Below, in pieces: positions 24,791 to 38,800 of a DNA stretch of 64,000 bases. Source of the stretch: Fimbriosthenelais zetlandica (taxonomy: Eukaryota). Position numbers and translations under genes: made by a program. The DNA is taken from NCBI GenBank assembly GCA_977030845.1, contig OZ365114.1:22320001-22384000 (forward strand). The letters are read 5' to 3'. How positions within the stretch are numbered: position 1 is the first letter of the stretch; every line of letters begins with the position of its first letter. The notes under the pieces were generated by a model that was given only the letters and a program-made list of their open reading frames with translations, was not told the DNA's origin and did not search any database.

Positions 24791-27786
24791 ATATAAGCGG
24801 CCTGCTAGTAATGTGGTACGCGTAGAACGATTTTGGGGTATATGGAATTCCTAACCGTGTTGTTTGAGATATTAATCAAATATATTGCTTTAGCATAAAC
24901 ACAAATGGCTGACATGTGTGACTAAATGTCATAGTACTATCTAATTCATTTCTAAATTTTCCATATGTCCCGCAAGTAATAGACAGGTATAGATGAAACC
25001 TTCTTTCTTTTTCGAGAGCAAATCTTTGCAATTGCGGAGTAGTTTTTCTCAAGTTTTCAGATATAATGTTACCAATTAACTACAATCTTTCTCTCGCATA
25101 TCTAATTTGTTTGTGATGGAATCTTTAATGAGGAATATCTTCAGTCCTTTATGACTGTTCTCACATCGCGACATTTTAACAAGAAGTCAGCACGCCACCT
25201 GATGAGATCGGGAGAAAGGCATGGAGGAAACCCTGCACATGTGACCCGATAACGCCTAAACGCCCGTGTATGAGCTCCCGAGTGTTGCCACCTCCCCCTG
25301 GAGGTAAATTGGAGCAACCTGACTAGGTCAGAGGTCAAGATAATGGTTGATTTCCCGTCTGCGAGGTGTGGCTGTAGTAGCACGCGATCCGAATTGGCAG
25401 TTTCGAATTACAAACAAGACGCCGTCTCTATGGTGGAGATTGGAAGTGAAGCTGTCAAATGGTTGCCAATCTGAAAGACGATTAGCTGGCGATCAGGTGG
25501 GCGGACACAGGTGACGAATAATGACTCCAATAACATGTTCATTGGCTTTGGCCTAAGAATTAAATATGACTGTTATGACCAGTTTGGGATATTTTTTTGT
25601 CAAAGGCATAATATTAGTGCTCGAATGTTTTTCAATTGCCTCGAAGCAGTTGTGCTACTGATAAACGGTATGCAAAGAGTTCTTAAATGCATGATAAGAA
25701 TTGAAGTAATTCAAGATTCATTTCTACTTATGCCGTATGTCGGTCTGTCCATGTATTTGCGTAAGTCTCTTGGTTCCAATACTCCGGACAAAAGAGAACC
25801 AGCGTCTTAGGGAAGGACCTTCATAGTACTTGGGTCCATGCATGCATCCCTCAATACCTCCATCTCTCTGCTGCTCGGCGCCGTGACTCGCCCACATTTT
25901 CTGAGCATTTGATTACGGTGGATGCAAGGTCCAGGTTGGACAAAGGTATTGTAGGAGCCTTATTACCCGTGAGGCAGGCTTTAGTCATCTCTTTAATGAG
26001 GGAGGAGTTCTGCCGGCCGCTACTCTGCCTTCATTCCATGCACCGTTATGGAGTCTGCCTTGTTGGTCACAATGAATGCCATCTTCGCCATTGTCCCATG
26101 AACTCTTGTCGTGCATATAGAATCTAGAAAGGAACACGTATCAGTTGGACAGGCTTTTCTCCTTTTTCCACTCGCCCTAGGTCTCGGGACAGTCCTTTAG
26201 TCAGGCAACAATAGGCGGTCCATTGCGCTAATACTGACAACATACTAATGTGCCAGCTTCAATTTGCGCTTGGTCTGGGCATGTATGCTGTAAGAAAGAG
26301 TGGGCTGAAGACGGGGCTTTTATGAAATAATCCAAACGCTAAGAGGGATATGGAGCGGGGTTATTATTGGCATTGTAACTTCGCCTGCTTCTTACCAAGT
26401 TACATGGAGGCAATCCGTGAGCCAGTCAAGCTACTCGAGTACTTTACACTCGCTGTCTCCCCCACATCCACTCCTTGAGTGTGATTGGTCGGCGGTTTGA
26501 GTACCCAGATTGAGAGAGTGTAAAACAGTGTATCAATCGTCTAACAGTGTTTGTCTGCACCCCTCCTGACCGAATCCACCCCCCACTTACTGTTGTCACC
26601 AGTAATACAGCCAGCCTGCCGTCAATACCCACGCCCCAATGCGCTTTGTGCTCCTGCCTTGTCCTTGCTTTATTCTGAGACGCCAGCCATTGTGGCTGAG
26701 ATCCCCGATCACAATGGCCGACTTTACCGAATCAATACTGAACTTGTCTCGGGCAGAGGCTTTCTTAGCATCACCAAGTGCACCTCAGAAACTTTTGGGG
26801 AAGGTTCTGACAAAGTGCTCGATGTTCGAGGTTCTGTAGGCCTTGAGTGAAGTTGAAATGCACTTGAGATGGTCGCGGTGCTAGTGTCAGCATCCTTTCA
26901 TAGATTGCAGGTTGAATCAAGAAGGTCCTTTTTGAAACATGCTCCCATGAGATACGATAATGCAAACTGGCCATTGTTGCTTCCCCTATAGGCCAGATTG
27001 TTGCTTACATTCTGCAGAGCAACACAGAAAATAGTTGCACCTTTGACAATGTACTTCAAAGCCAGGAACTATACCACAAACAAAACCATGCTTCTCCTAT
27101 ACTACATACATAATACCGAGAAGTATACGGAAAGTGTGTCTCTATGTAGGCTACGTTCAACACTGGTTTAGAACTCTTTTATCAGAAGTTATGAAAGCAG
27201 CAATAATGTACGCCAACAACAAAGACACAAGGAGATTTGGCGACACAAACTTCTGACAACAACAGAGACAAAAACATAGAGAGACGGAATGAGAAGAGAA
27301 GTCGTGCTTACTATAGATTCTACTCCCTGCCTCCATATGATGTCTTTATGTTTCTATAGTGTCAGCAGATTGTGGTCGTCTTCCATCCACCTAGTGAAAT
27401 TCACAAAGGAATATATCGGTAGTGTTAAAAATCTCTGCAGTTTGCTAATGCCTTTCACTGAAACATTAACACCGGACTTGTTTGATCCCGATCATTGTAT
27501 TTTAGAGTTCTCTCATATTTATTCATTTAGTCTGTGCCTTTTTCTCAAAAGGTTTGAAAGTAGTGTTATTGTTGGAGATTTTTCAATGAGGACGAGGCTT
27601 TGAATTTCCCTTAATACTAACTTCACTTTGCTAAAGGTTAAGGGGTTCATCTGTTCTTTCATTGAATACATACACCTATGCATGCAGCTTAATCATTGCA
27701 TATTTAATTGTAAAAAAAATTATACTACTGTTCTGTACCTTTCCTGTCGGTATGCATAAAGAAAGTTACAAGCATGCAGCCTTGGA

Positions 27787-27804
27787 CATGGGTTCGACCC
27801 CCAC
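27787..27804 (+). mobile_element. Possible tRNA-derived SINE B-box remnant
   Basis: CATGGGTTCGACCCCCAC forms a T-arm-like stem with a TTCGACC loop. No A box or cloverleaf found. Confidence 0.2.
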
Positions 27805-29459
27805 TGGCATCATCTGACGTTATGTCAGTGTCATTCCGGAGCAAAGCATTAAATAAATTCCAACTCTCTTTATGTATGTAACGTTGTTGTAGATGAAAAA
27901 TGCTGTCAAGTACTGGCCTGGAGTATCATTGATTTTACTTGATGAAAAATGTTCATGAATAATCGCATCTCGCTTATCAAACACGTGGGTTTCTATGACA
28001 CCTAGTAATTGAGTGTTCTGGCAAAAAACATTGGGCTTTGATATTTAGTTTGGTTCCCAGATTTGATTGAAATGATGTTTGTATTTCATTCGAACAACCC
28101 TGGATAAGGTCTTTATACCTCTAGGATATACACCCATGCATAGTGTGGAAAAATTCCTATTCAGAAGTGCAAGATATATGCATCAGATGAATCAAAAGAA
28201 TTGTATTTCGCCTCTGTGATGAAACATATCCGAAGGATATATGGAAAAAGTTGACGTTGTAGACTTAGGAGGAAAGTCCTAAGTTTTAAAACGTTTCATT
28301 CAGTCACCATATAAGGCATGTATTGTATTCTATTGAGTGTCTGAGCTTTCTTCGCGAGTATGGAGCCCTCACAGTTGCAAAGAATGGCACTGCCGGCGTT
28401 CTCCTGTACATTGCTAGTATCCACCATTAGAAAGGTCAAACAAAAAGCTTCTTTCAGGTTGGCCTGTGGGCCCAGTGGGTGACACTGTGGCCAACACAGA
28501 GGCCTCAGACTCCTGCCTTTCTTGCCAACAAGGGCCTGCCGGATCTGTATTCGCCCCGGCAATATGCTCACAGGCGCTCGTGCAAATAACTCCTTTAGTG
28601 TGCCATCGATTCTCCACCGTCCGCATCTCAAACGGCAAAACTGAGTCTTGATAGGGAGGAAACGTGGCCATACAAAAAGTGCATTTCGATATTATTTGGA
28701 AATGTGTCGCGCAAACAAAGCGTCCAAGCGGGCTATACAATGTATCCATTTGGGTGGAAGGGATCACGGAGCGGGCGAGCGAGGGATCTTTGTGAACATT
28801 GATGGGACGCGCTGGAGTGATGGATAAAAGGCCACTAATGGTGGGGTGCAATTATTGGATCCTTTATACCAAGACAAAGTAAACATTAGCCCCCATTCAC
28901 ACCCGCAGTCTGCGACACAGCCACATAAAAGAACACTAGCAAAAGCGAGAAATTCACCATGCCGTGTCCTTCTGCTGTATTGACGCTGGTCCACAATACT
29001 CACCCTGCTCGCCATTAAAACCTTGTGTGTTTTGTGGGGCGTGGAGGAGGAGGTGGTGGCGGAGGGTGTGGAAGAGAAGTGGAAGGCAAGGGCTAGGGGC
29101 TTCTGCCCCCACCCCTTATAGCTCCATCCCCATTCCGATTAATAAGGAACTTCCTTAAATTTGCCACACCCTTTCTTCATATTCAGCGGTCTTGCTCAAA
29201 GCATTACAATAGTATAAGGAATGAAATTCGTGAATGACTTAAGAACAATAGTTTGGATGACAGGTTTGGATGTGTACCATCATTTCTCAAACCCTGTCGA
29301 CATAGTTTATTGACGCACTCTACTCATCTTATATGAATAAATTGAGATTTTTTGCGCAACTTCGACATCCTTGTCAGCTTCTCTTCCTCCTGGCTCCATC
29401 TGTATGATTGTACTTTCTACTTTTCCTTGCGTGACTGCATGCCTGCATGACTGCATCCC

Positions 29460-29800
29460 TATCCCATCCTTCCCCTACTTCCTTATCTATAGATATCTGT
29501 CCATATCTTTCTGCATCCTACCTATATCTGCCTTTTCCCTACCTCCCTATCTATCAGGCTTCACCTGACCTCCATATCTGCCTGCCTTTTCCCTACCTCC
29601 CTATCTCGCTGCCTTCCCCCTACTTCCCTATCTATCTGCCTACCCCCTACCTACCTATCTCTCTGTCTTCCCCCTACCTCCCTATCTCTTTGCCTGGGTA
29701 CCTCCTATCTCTCTGCCTTCCCCCTACTCCCTGTCTCTCTGTCTTCCCCTACCTCCCTATCTATCTGCCTTCCCTGTTCCCTGCTTCCCCGAGTTCTTCT
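29460..29800. repeat. Pyrimidine-rich minisatellite, unit about 27 bp
   Basis: Degenerate copies of TCTGCCTTCCCCCTACCTCCCTATCTC; clearest at 29575-29775. Confidence 0.85.
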
Positions 29801-31704
29801 CCTTCATTTACCTCGTTGCCTGGCGCTCCTCCATACCTTGGCTCCTCCACCCACTCCTCGTTTGTTTGAAGACGGGGTATCATCCTCCTAACTTCAGGAG
29901 AGCCTCCATGTGAGAGGCACCTATAGTTATCCCTCGTCGAACCAATGTTTACTCGGGAAGATGAACGCCTGTGTCAAGTACAAACTTGGCTGACACATTT
30001 TAGTTATGAGTTTTACCCCCATAAACACCCCTTCTTCCTCCAGCTGCTCGATTCCCGGAAGATAGTTAGGAAGGAGGAGGGGCACTTGGGATCTCACCGG
30101 TTGCAGATGTGCATTTGCATTGTTAAAGGGAGAGGATATTAAAGAGAAAAACGTCATTAAATTTTGTTCATGATTGCTCTGTGTCATCGACAGTTTGCTT
30201 GATACGCAACAAAAGAAATCTTTACCTTTACTCCATAATGTTTCATCCAGTTTTTGTATTAGTCTAGCAAGTATACCAAACCATTTAAGTGCCCCTTGGC
30301 CAGCTATACAAGTTTGCTCTCGCCAACGCATGAGCCTGTTTCCATTTAGATTTCGACTGTCTTTGTGTCACTGTGGGACTATTATTGGCGCTTAAAAAGG
30401 CCTTGTGTCAGTGGCCAAACATAGCGGACAATAGTGGACAAAGAGGCGGGATCACGAGCGTTTTGTGATGCCATTGGATTCAAAATGAAGTCCTCGTGTT
30501 TGAATAGAACATGGCGAGTTGTGACTGGAACACTGACACATGTAGGACATCAGCCTGATTAAAGTACCAAACTAATGTAGGAATATTAACCCACCCCCAA
30601 CAATGGCCACTGAATTATATATGGCAATAGAGAGATGGATGTAGCCATGAAGTTTTTTCAATGTTCCCATAAAATCTGTTCTGTTTGGAGAATGTAACAT
30701 TTGAACAGGGATCATTTTGTGTCAAACGCCATGCTTTATAGAGACATGTGGACACCATTTTGGTCTATTGTCAGCTAACAATATAAGAGCAGTATTGGGT
30801 ATTTTTATCTGGTGCATTGCTTGTGCAAAACCATTTTATGATACACCATGATGTTCCATTATATAACTTCCATGGAAGGTGTACTTGTAGAAAAGGACCA
30901 TCGTGTGCAGTGATGGTGAAAATGAGCTCGAATATCACTGCATGCCTATAGGAGAAAAACTAATTCAGTCATATCTAACCCCAAAATTGATTTCATACCG
31001 GCTTATAAAAGTGGCGATTTATATTTTCTGCCATATCGTGCCAGCTGTATATGTCAGTATCTGGCAATGACATATATTAAATAATTTATGTCGCCATAAT
31101 TTGCATAATTTGCACCCTTCTTCCAAAGAACAAGGGTTCCCGACTGGATGTGTACCGTATACAGTTTTTCTAAGGACTGTAAATGATTTTTGAATATCAG
31201 TTATGTTATATAGTTGAGTGGGTACCAGAATGAGGAAGGAACAAATTCATTTCCAAATGAACAAAAACTATAACTGACAATGGCTTTATGCAGAGACTGC
31301 GGCCATCACCTCGCGACCTCCGTTTGTTCCCCAACAAGTTGTTTGCTGTCGACTCCCCGACATGGGTCCCCACTTCCATGGGCTTCAGTTTTTCGCTCTC
31401 TCGTGAGGGAACAATGCCTTTTCATTTATATGGCCCAGCAGTGAAAAGCTGGCAAATAATGGCTTGTAAGCGTGCCTGTTTCCATCCCTGCCATTTAATC
31501 ATGTCCTCAATAGAGAGTAATGGCCTTTTTCAATGAGGGATCACGACAAATGGCATTCCTTTTGTATATAGTCAACAGAAGGCAGTTTTATTATTTGGGG
31601 CTGAATCCATGACGAATTCATTAAGAGTTAATATGTACGTATATACCTAAAGTAAACGCCCCCAACCCAGACAGGGCCCCTCCTAGCTCTCCCTTTATCT
31701 CTTC

Positions 31705-31736
31705 CATAATTCATAATTTGCATATTCATAACAAAG
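31705..31736 (-). promoter_or_regulatory. Sox-POU composite with overlapping octamer
   Basis: The minus strand reads CTTTGTT-ATGAATAT overlapping ATGCAAAT, followed by TATGAATTATG. Confidence 0.45.
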
Positions 31737-34700
31737 TTGTGGCAGACTGTATAGGTGCTTTCAATTTTATCCCCAACTTCAATTAACTCTGGCAGCAACA
31801 TGAAGGTGGCTATCCAATGTCGATGAAAGGCTATTGTTGCCATATGACATTTATTTATTCTTATTGAATTCTCTGCTTTTCATAGAGGATTCGTACACTT
31901 TGAATTTGCCAGAAATCTCGGATGAATATCTAATGAACTACATGCGCTTGTTATGAAAGCTCCTAATGTGGCTACAAAACCCAAAAAACATATCCTTTCT
32001 CATCTCAAATAATTGGAAACTACTAATGACAAAAAACACTCCCTGTACCTTCTTGAATGACACATTTTCTTGGCTTTATCTCGAAGTGTCAATTATGCTT
32101 CGATTACTCCCTCCACACAATCCCCATTTACAATAAATGTTCATTTCCATTGCGCTGGCATTTGATAAAGTTATCAGCAGCAACCGAGGTTAAAAAAATC
32201 GCCCTTGTATTCCTCGATAATTAAAATGTATTCCTACGACTAATAGGACATGTTAAGGCGGTGCCAGTTCAATGCCTGCTTGTGTCATTTATAATTAAGT
32301 GCTTTGTTTTGCTGGGACAGGCGACTGAGGTGGCATTTCACAAACTAAAAGGCTTCAGCAACTAATTAGAATCATACAATCGCAGAGTCCCGGTAGGCTT
32401 TGGGGAGAAACAGAAGCCTGGCAAGGGCTGATCACATTTACTCTATCGTTCACACCCCCCAGCCATTGCTGCCTTACGCTTACTGTCATAATGAAGAGAA
32501 TATGAATGATTATTAATGGGGACTGATCGCTACACAGATCAGCTCCTCTTTCTCCCCTACAGCCACTATCCCCCATTGCTAACAAAGCACCAATAGTGTA
32601 ACCCGAACCCTGTCCCTCGTTCAGCCACGATGGCTCTTCATTCAATAACAGGGCCAAGTCAAAGGGCAAACCTTGGAGGTGACAGGGGAATCAGGGGCGA
32701 ACAAAAAGCTGTGAAAGGAATTAATTAGTTAGTGTGACGCCATATTGAGTTACTTTGCGGGGTGGGATAGGGATCAGGAGGTGCCATAATTCATCATTTT
32801 TCTGGCAGTCACCATGCAGCAAGAAGCTTCATGAAAAGCTGGCAAACTCCGGCAAGGACTAATGCTGGGTTAACCTCTGTCAAACTGTATTCATTTTACC
32901 GCATCAAAGGCGTCCGATGGAGAGATATATAGTCTATGCATAAAACATCATGTGTTATATGGTCTGCCATAAAGATTAACTTCTTTGAATATTACTCTTC
33001 ACCCAAACAAAGATTCTGTTGATCTGTATGTAATTTCGACAAAGTATGGGCCAAAGGAAGCAGTAAGGAGTCAGTCTGTCCAGCAACCATCCCGTCTACT
33101 AGTGATGCTCATGCATGGTGCTGATCGCACTTTAACTATAGAATTGGTAACATACATCCTGCCTCTGAAACAATTCTAACATATCATTTGATGATTTATT
33201 CAAAGAATCATTAATGAGAAAACCTTTTTCAAAAAGGAACCAGCAACTCTTTCATCATTTTGATCCTTTGAGAGCTCATACCATCATTGTGTTCCCATTT
33301 CAGAGCTGCAGAGTAAAACCAACAATAAGATCTCCCAAGCTGTATTTATAAAACCTTCCTCTGCGTTGCGCATTTAATAAAAGAACTCTTATTTACTTGC
33401 ACTCTACCAGTATTCCAGTTGTAATCAGCCAGAAAATAAATTACTCTTCTTATAAATGGGATCTCGATCCTGAATACCAGGGTGATGGTACAAGCCATTT
33501 CTATTGTAAAGCTTCATAACCCGGGACTAAACGTGGAAATAATGCCTGTCCTGACCCAACTGAAAATTGCTCTGCTTCGGGCATCCTGATCTAGGCTTAA
33601 TCATATGGCTCGTTAGCTCTCATTATTGTCTTGGACAAATGCTGAGTCAATTTGATTGTCTAGTAACAATAACTATGTTAGTCTAATGACATTTTTTGCC
33701 CCTGCGTAACTCAGACCAGATTACTTTCAAGAAGGCCATGCAGAAAACGATTCATTCTACATTTTGCCAACCACACTCCCTGTCATTAAGACATGGCTTT
33801 GTCTTTTACAGGATGAAGAAGAATTGTCACAAGGGACAACATGTGCAATCTATCTACATTTAGCACTATTGTTCGCTTTTTGTTAGAATTGTCATCATCG
33901 TTATTCTAGATAAGCTCAATCCTCAATGCCAAAATAAATGATCTATGTGATCTTATGATGTGTTCATATCAATTTCAGTGTCAGTGCCACAGAATGTCCC
34001 GTGGGGCTTCCTGGCATAACGAGCCATTGACAAGGTTGGTTTCTATTCATTTTCTCTCCGCGATATTTACTAGATAATCGATATACTTTGTAAAGGAAAT
34101 CATAAAAGTGTAATTGTGAAGAAAATTAGTTCATGGGTTTAAATGCAGAATGCGTCCATTTCTTTTCTCATTCATATCGGTCATGAATGTGAGGCAGAGC
34201 TATGTATGCATTCAATATTGAATGTTTCGAGTTCACTTATATATACATTTATTGCCATGTACACAAACTTTAATATATATACAGACAGATCTATATCCTT
34301 TCTTACATTTATACAGACGTCCACTTTGCCTTATAAACATTCCTCAATACATGTATCCATAACAATTCACCAAGCCTTTCACAAAGTGAGGCAATAGTAA
34401 TTTCAAGACCAACAAAGAGATGAAAGCTCTCTCCTGTTTCCTCAAAATCCATACCTTTTCTCAACTTTTCCACCCGGATTCCTTCTCTTAGATGCAAATA
34501 TTCTAAATGCCATTGATGTCGGCCTACCTTGAAGGCATGCGGCCACACACGTGGAAGGAGACGAAAGAACACAAAATGGCGGGCCCTTTTTTGCAAAGTC
34601 AGAAAGAAGCAGCCCAAAAAATCGTTGGTGCCATTTAGGGCGCATTTTTCTGCAGTTGAACAGGACAGTTTTGTCATTTTATTCCTTTGTTGCTTTCTCC

Positions 34701-35294
34701 ATATTATTCCTCGGGCAAAGGCAAGACATAATAGGATCTGGGAGATCAAAGGAGGGCCAACCAAGGCAGGTTCAGATCCGCCATACATGCCTCATAGACA
34801 GCTGAAACTTGCAAAGAGAGTTCATTCTCCTTTGGGTGCGTCATCCAAAGATACTTGGCCTTTGTGACACCTCCCTATCTCCTTCTTCCTTTTTTCTTTC
34901 TTTACTTTGCAAAGCCACCTGGCCCGTATGACCAAATACAGGCCCTAGACGCCTTGGTCGACTGTCCCAGAGTTAGATCAGCTCCGGAGGTGAATGAATA
35001 TTATACAATAAACCTGCTTTATCAGTTTATATAACCTCCAAAGATGTCATCCCAGATCTCTACAACCCTATCCTTGGTGGTTATTTATGGGTTTATATGG
35101 AGGGCCTCCTGACAACATGGTGGTGAATGGGGTTTGGTAGTGTGAAGGGTGAGAAGGGTATATAATTGTCTTCAGCCTGGTCACCCTGTTCTACCTATAC
35201 CTACTACAGCAGTAGCACATCTAGTAGCAGTGAGATAACTCATCATTAATGACAGCTTATCCCACTAATGGCTGCAGAACACTATGTTTCCTCG

Positions 35295-35414
35295 ACCGGA
35301 AGTGTTAAAGCCTTTTATCGCCATGCCACCTAGTGCCCGCCTCCGCCGCAGCATGTGGCCGCGAGGCAACATTGATTGCCTCCCTAAACAGATTCCAGCA
35401 AGATGGCGACCAAT
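35295..35414. promoter_or_regulatory. Promoter/insulator-like motif cluster
   Basis: ACCGGAAGTG (ETS) 35295, TGCCACCTAGTGC (CTCF-like, 12/13, minus) 35324, a CpG-rich run, CAAGATGGCG (YY1) 35399 and CCAAT 35410. Confidence 0.4.
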
Positions 35415-35620
35415 GAGTTTTCAATCAAATAATTGAGAAAAAACAAACCATGAACAAGGAATCAGGGGCACGGAGAAAATCCTCAATGTCAGAGGAGAAG
35501 TATAATCATTAGAAGGCTGAAACTTTGATTGTTCAAATAATTTCAACCTTGCTGTCAATTCTACTCATGACTGTTAGTGACTTAGTTAGTTCTTGCTTTA
35601 CCTGGTAGTCTATTGTGATG

Positions 35621-35850
35621 TTATTTCATGAGGAATTCTTTCAAAATTAATGTTTGGAACTGGACAATCGACTGACTACCATCCTCCAAAGGAAAGTGCA
35701 GCATCATGTCATTCAGGGTCTGTAGAGATCTGGCGGACATTGGTGACATCAAAAGCAGGATATCGCCAGCCAAGCAACTAGGCATGTCAGAGAGAAATGC
35801 GCTGTTTGTTACGTTACTATCGGTTTTAGTATTGACACAAAAGTGACGCA
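35621..35850 (-). mobile_element. Possible decayed LINE reverse-transcriptase fragment
   Basis: The ORF reads LAGDILLLMSPMSARSLQTLNDM, resembling the LINE RT (F/Y)ADDILLLSPS...LQ.LLD segment. TTG GCT GGC GAT is two substitutions from FADD. Judged by eye. Confidence 0.4.
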
Positions 35851-38800
35851 TTAGTGCGGAGAAGAACACAAATATTTGACATTGACTGGAGTGGCGAATG
35901 AAAGAATACCATTCAGGAGATGCCATTTCGGCCGCAGCGCATCAAAGTCCTTGCGCTCCAGCGCCCAACACAAAGATAATGAATTTAATGGTGCTGCGCG
36001 TCTACAAATTGCATTTATTTGATGAGGCTGGGCTGAAAGACGGGACCTGACTCGTCATAATGATGGCCCTGAATGAAGAATACATGTGTGTAATTGAGCA
36101 AAGAGGATATCAAAGAAATACAGGAGAAAAATATCGCACTGTAGACATTATACGAGTCGGCTGACAATGTTCAAAGACAGAAGACAAAATTAAGTACACA
36201 TTAGTAACAATGTATCGGCGGGCTCTATCGACGACCGCGTGGAGGGGTATTAGATTTTAATCTAGAATGCAATACGTTGGTGTTTGAAACGAAGTGTCTA
36301 TTGTGGAAAGAGATGAAAGGGTTGAAGCTGGAGCTAAAATACAAGTTTTCTAAGCAAGCTCTATGTTCAGTGTTGATTTAACGTTGGGAGTGAAATATTT
36401 TGAGACAATAGGGATGTCACCAGTGATAGCATTTCCTCCAAATTACTTCCATTTGCACTGCGCCTGCGCCTAGCGACTTCAATCGTCTACATTCAACTAG
36501 AGTCTCTTTATGAAATAATATCTGCGCAGAAATCGGGGAAATAAAAATGTAGCTCTAATTTCGCAAAGAAAAGCTAGAGAAAATATCACTTTGTTGGGTG
36601 TGTGAATCGACATCAAGAACCATAGACAATGAACCTGTCTTAGATACATTCCCATTATGACGTCAGAGGCTTTGAAAGCATGCCAGTCTAATTGAGTGTG
36701 ACATTATCTACGTTTGACTGCAAGCAAACTTTGCCTCGGATGATACCACTTCACAATGGAGGCAACACTTTGTAAAGCATTGCAAAGTATAAAGGTTAAA
36801 GTTTGCCATTGATGGCAAGCTTCTGTTCTGATTTCTGCAACACTGTTATCAGCTTACGGGAAGGAAACATTCAACCAATGAAAGCAGCTCCCAGAAAGAT
36901 CGATGGCGCCAAACTTTCTGCTGTCTACTTCGCATCGAGATGTTAATATTTTGTTGTTTTACCTTCGTGCAGCTGAGTAAAAATTAGTTGTCATCATATT
37001 TAGTTGTTGCTTGCCCCAAGCTCCGGCCTTCTCAACAGTATAGGTGATTGTTGCGTGTCTTTGTAGTGACAATTCCTCACTACAAATGGCACATAGACCA
37101 CACGACATGCAAGCGATACGGCATGGCCAGGATACAAAAAGCCTGAGGGGCACATCGAGGGAGAAGACTTTGGAAGATAACACCTGCATAATGGACATTG
37201 ACTGCACCTGTGGTGATAGGCAAAGGGTCACTAATATCGGCTTTAACACAGGCGAAACAAATCACTTATTTGGTTATATTACTCTACGCTTTTCTATTTT
37301 TCAGTCAATTGTTTTTGACTTTGGAATTTGCCAATATCCTTTTGGCTATACAGATGGAAAAGCAGTAGATTGAAATACACGTACACAAGTTTCTCTCTTG
37401 ACATGGATATTTAGGCCCCCTTGCCAGGAAGGCTAAATTGTCTGAATCACCATCATACATTGATGACACATCAATTAATATCACGAAAATGACAATGAGC
37501 ATCTTGAGGTCAAATGGCCATGTTGAATCAAAATAATTAATGGTACTACTACTAACTTTCTGAAACACATAATAGTAACCATGCAGGCAACATCATTCGT
37601 TTTAGTGGCCTTACAGACAGTAGACCAATGGGTATCTTAACACTGCCAAGTGCCAAATGTCCATAGCATTAAACATGAAGCAGGCACGCAAGACACAAGA
37701 CCAACAAGAGTATCACTCCCCTCTCTGACCTCCCTGTTATGGCAACAATAGCTGGGAAGAAAGGCCTAACCTGAGGACCATTGGTCAGGACTCAAGCCTA
37801 TCTCATAACAGAGTTCCCATCACCATCCAAGTTTATCCCTACTGACCTCCAAGCAGGATAAACAACAAAGATCTTCCCCTGGCAAAACAAACTCGCTCCT
37901 CTTTCTTTCATGTCATTCTTTTGATTCCCTTCATTAATTGACAGGTTTTTACCGGAGATGATTTTTAATTCTTGGAAGGGAGTGACAAAAACCTTCTTTC
38001 AGACTTCCTCTTACATTTTATCTGAAACTACAGAAGCTGAAAGAAAACATTATGTGCGATTTTTTAAAAAGATTTTAGGATGTTTCTTTACCTTGGAAGG
38101 CATGCATGGAGTGGCGTATATTGAAGTCCTGGAGCATGGCTCGGAGTGATTCAAAAGTTTTAATCTTGTCTTACATTAATGTGGGACTGTAGAGGTTTAT
38201 CCGTACTTTGTAGCAGATCACCTAGCCTCTTTTCATCATATCTCTATTCACACTCGGGAATATTGTCAAGATACTTGTATTTTGCCCACTACTATATCAG
38301 AATGTATTAGGAGGCATATACAATGATATCTTGAAATAATTTCCTTTCTGATAAGGTGCCTATTCATCCATTTGTATGGCTGAGTAAAATTGATTTGGAT
38401 TTTACCAGCGAGGATTTCACCAAAGCCTTATTACTAGAAGCTCTACATTTCATATCAACTAGTTTATTTCTCCCAATGAATAGAAACATGAAAATGGATA
38501 GGCTTGCGCTCGCCCGCTCTATCCATACACCTGCATTATCGCCCGTGTAAAAGCTATCTTTTCAATACCGAGTCGCGACTTGGAATTTGTCTGAAAATTC
38601 CTTTTCCCCCACCAAAAGGTCTTGACTGAGTGCGTCTCAGTAAGAGGGTATTTCCATTTTGGAGCTTGTATCAGTAGGCGAGGGAGGTGGAGCTGGCTCT
38701 CAGCCCAATTCACCAGACCAGCTTTACAACTTCATTACCTGTGCAGCTTTTAAGAAATGAAAGTCAGCGAGATAAAGGCGGATAACCGTAAGCCCTGAAG

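Noticed and set aside
31442-32846. 15-bp direct repeat TGAAAAGCTGGCAAA; also short repeats ACAATGCCCGAC (43351/43427) and TCGCCCGTGTA (about 38539/62947)
   Set aside because: Within chance expectation for a window this size, and the flanks do not extend.
34309-34788. 159-aa ORF and overlapping ORFs
   Set aside because: No recognisable homology or coding-like composition.
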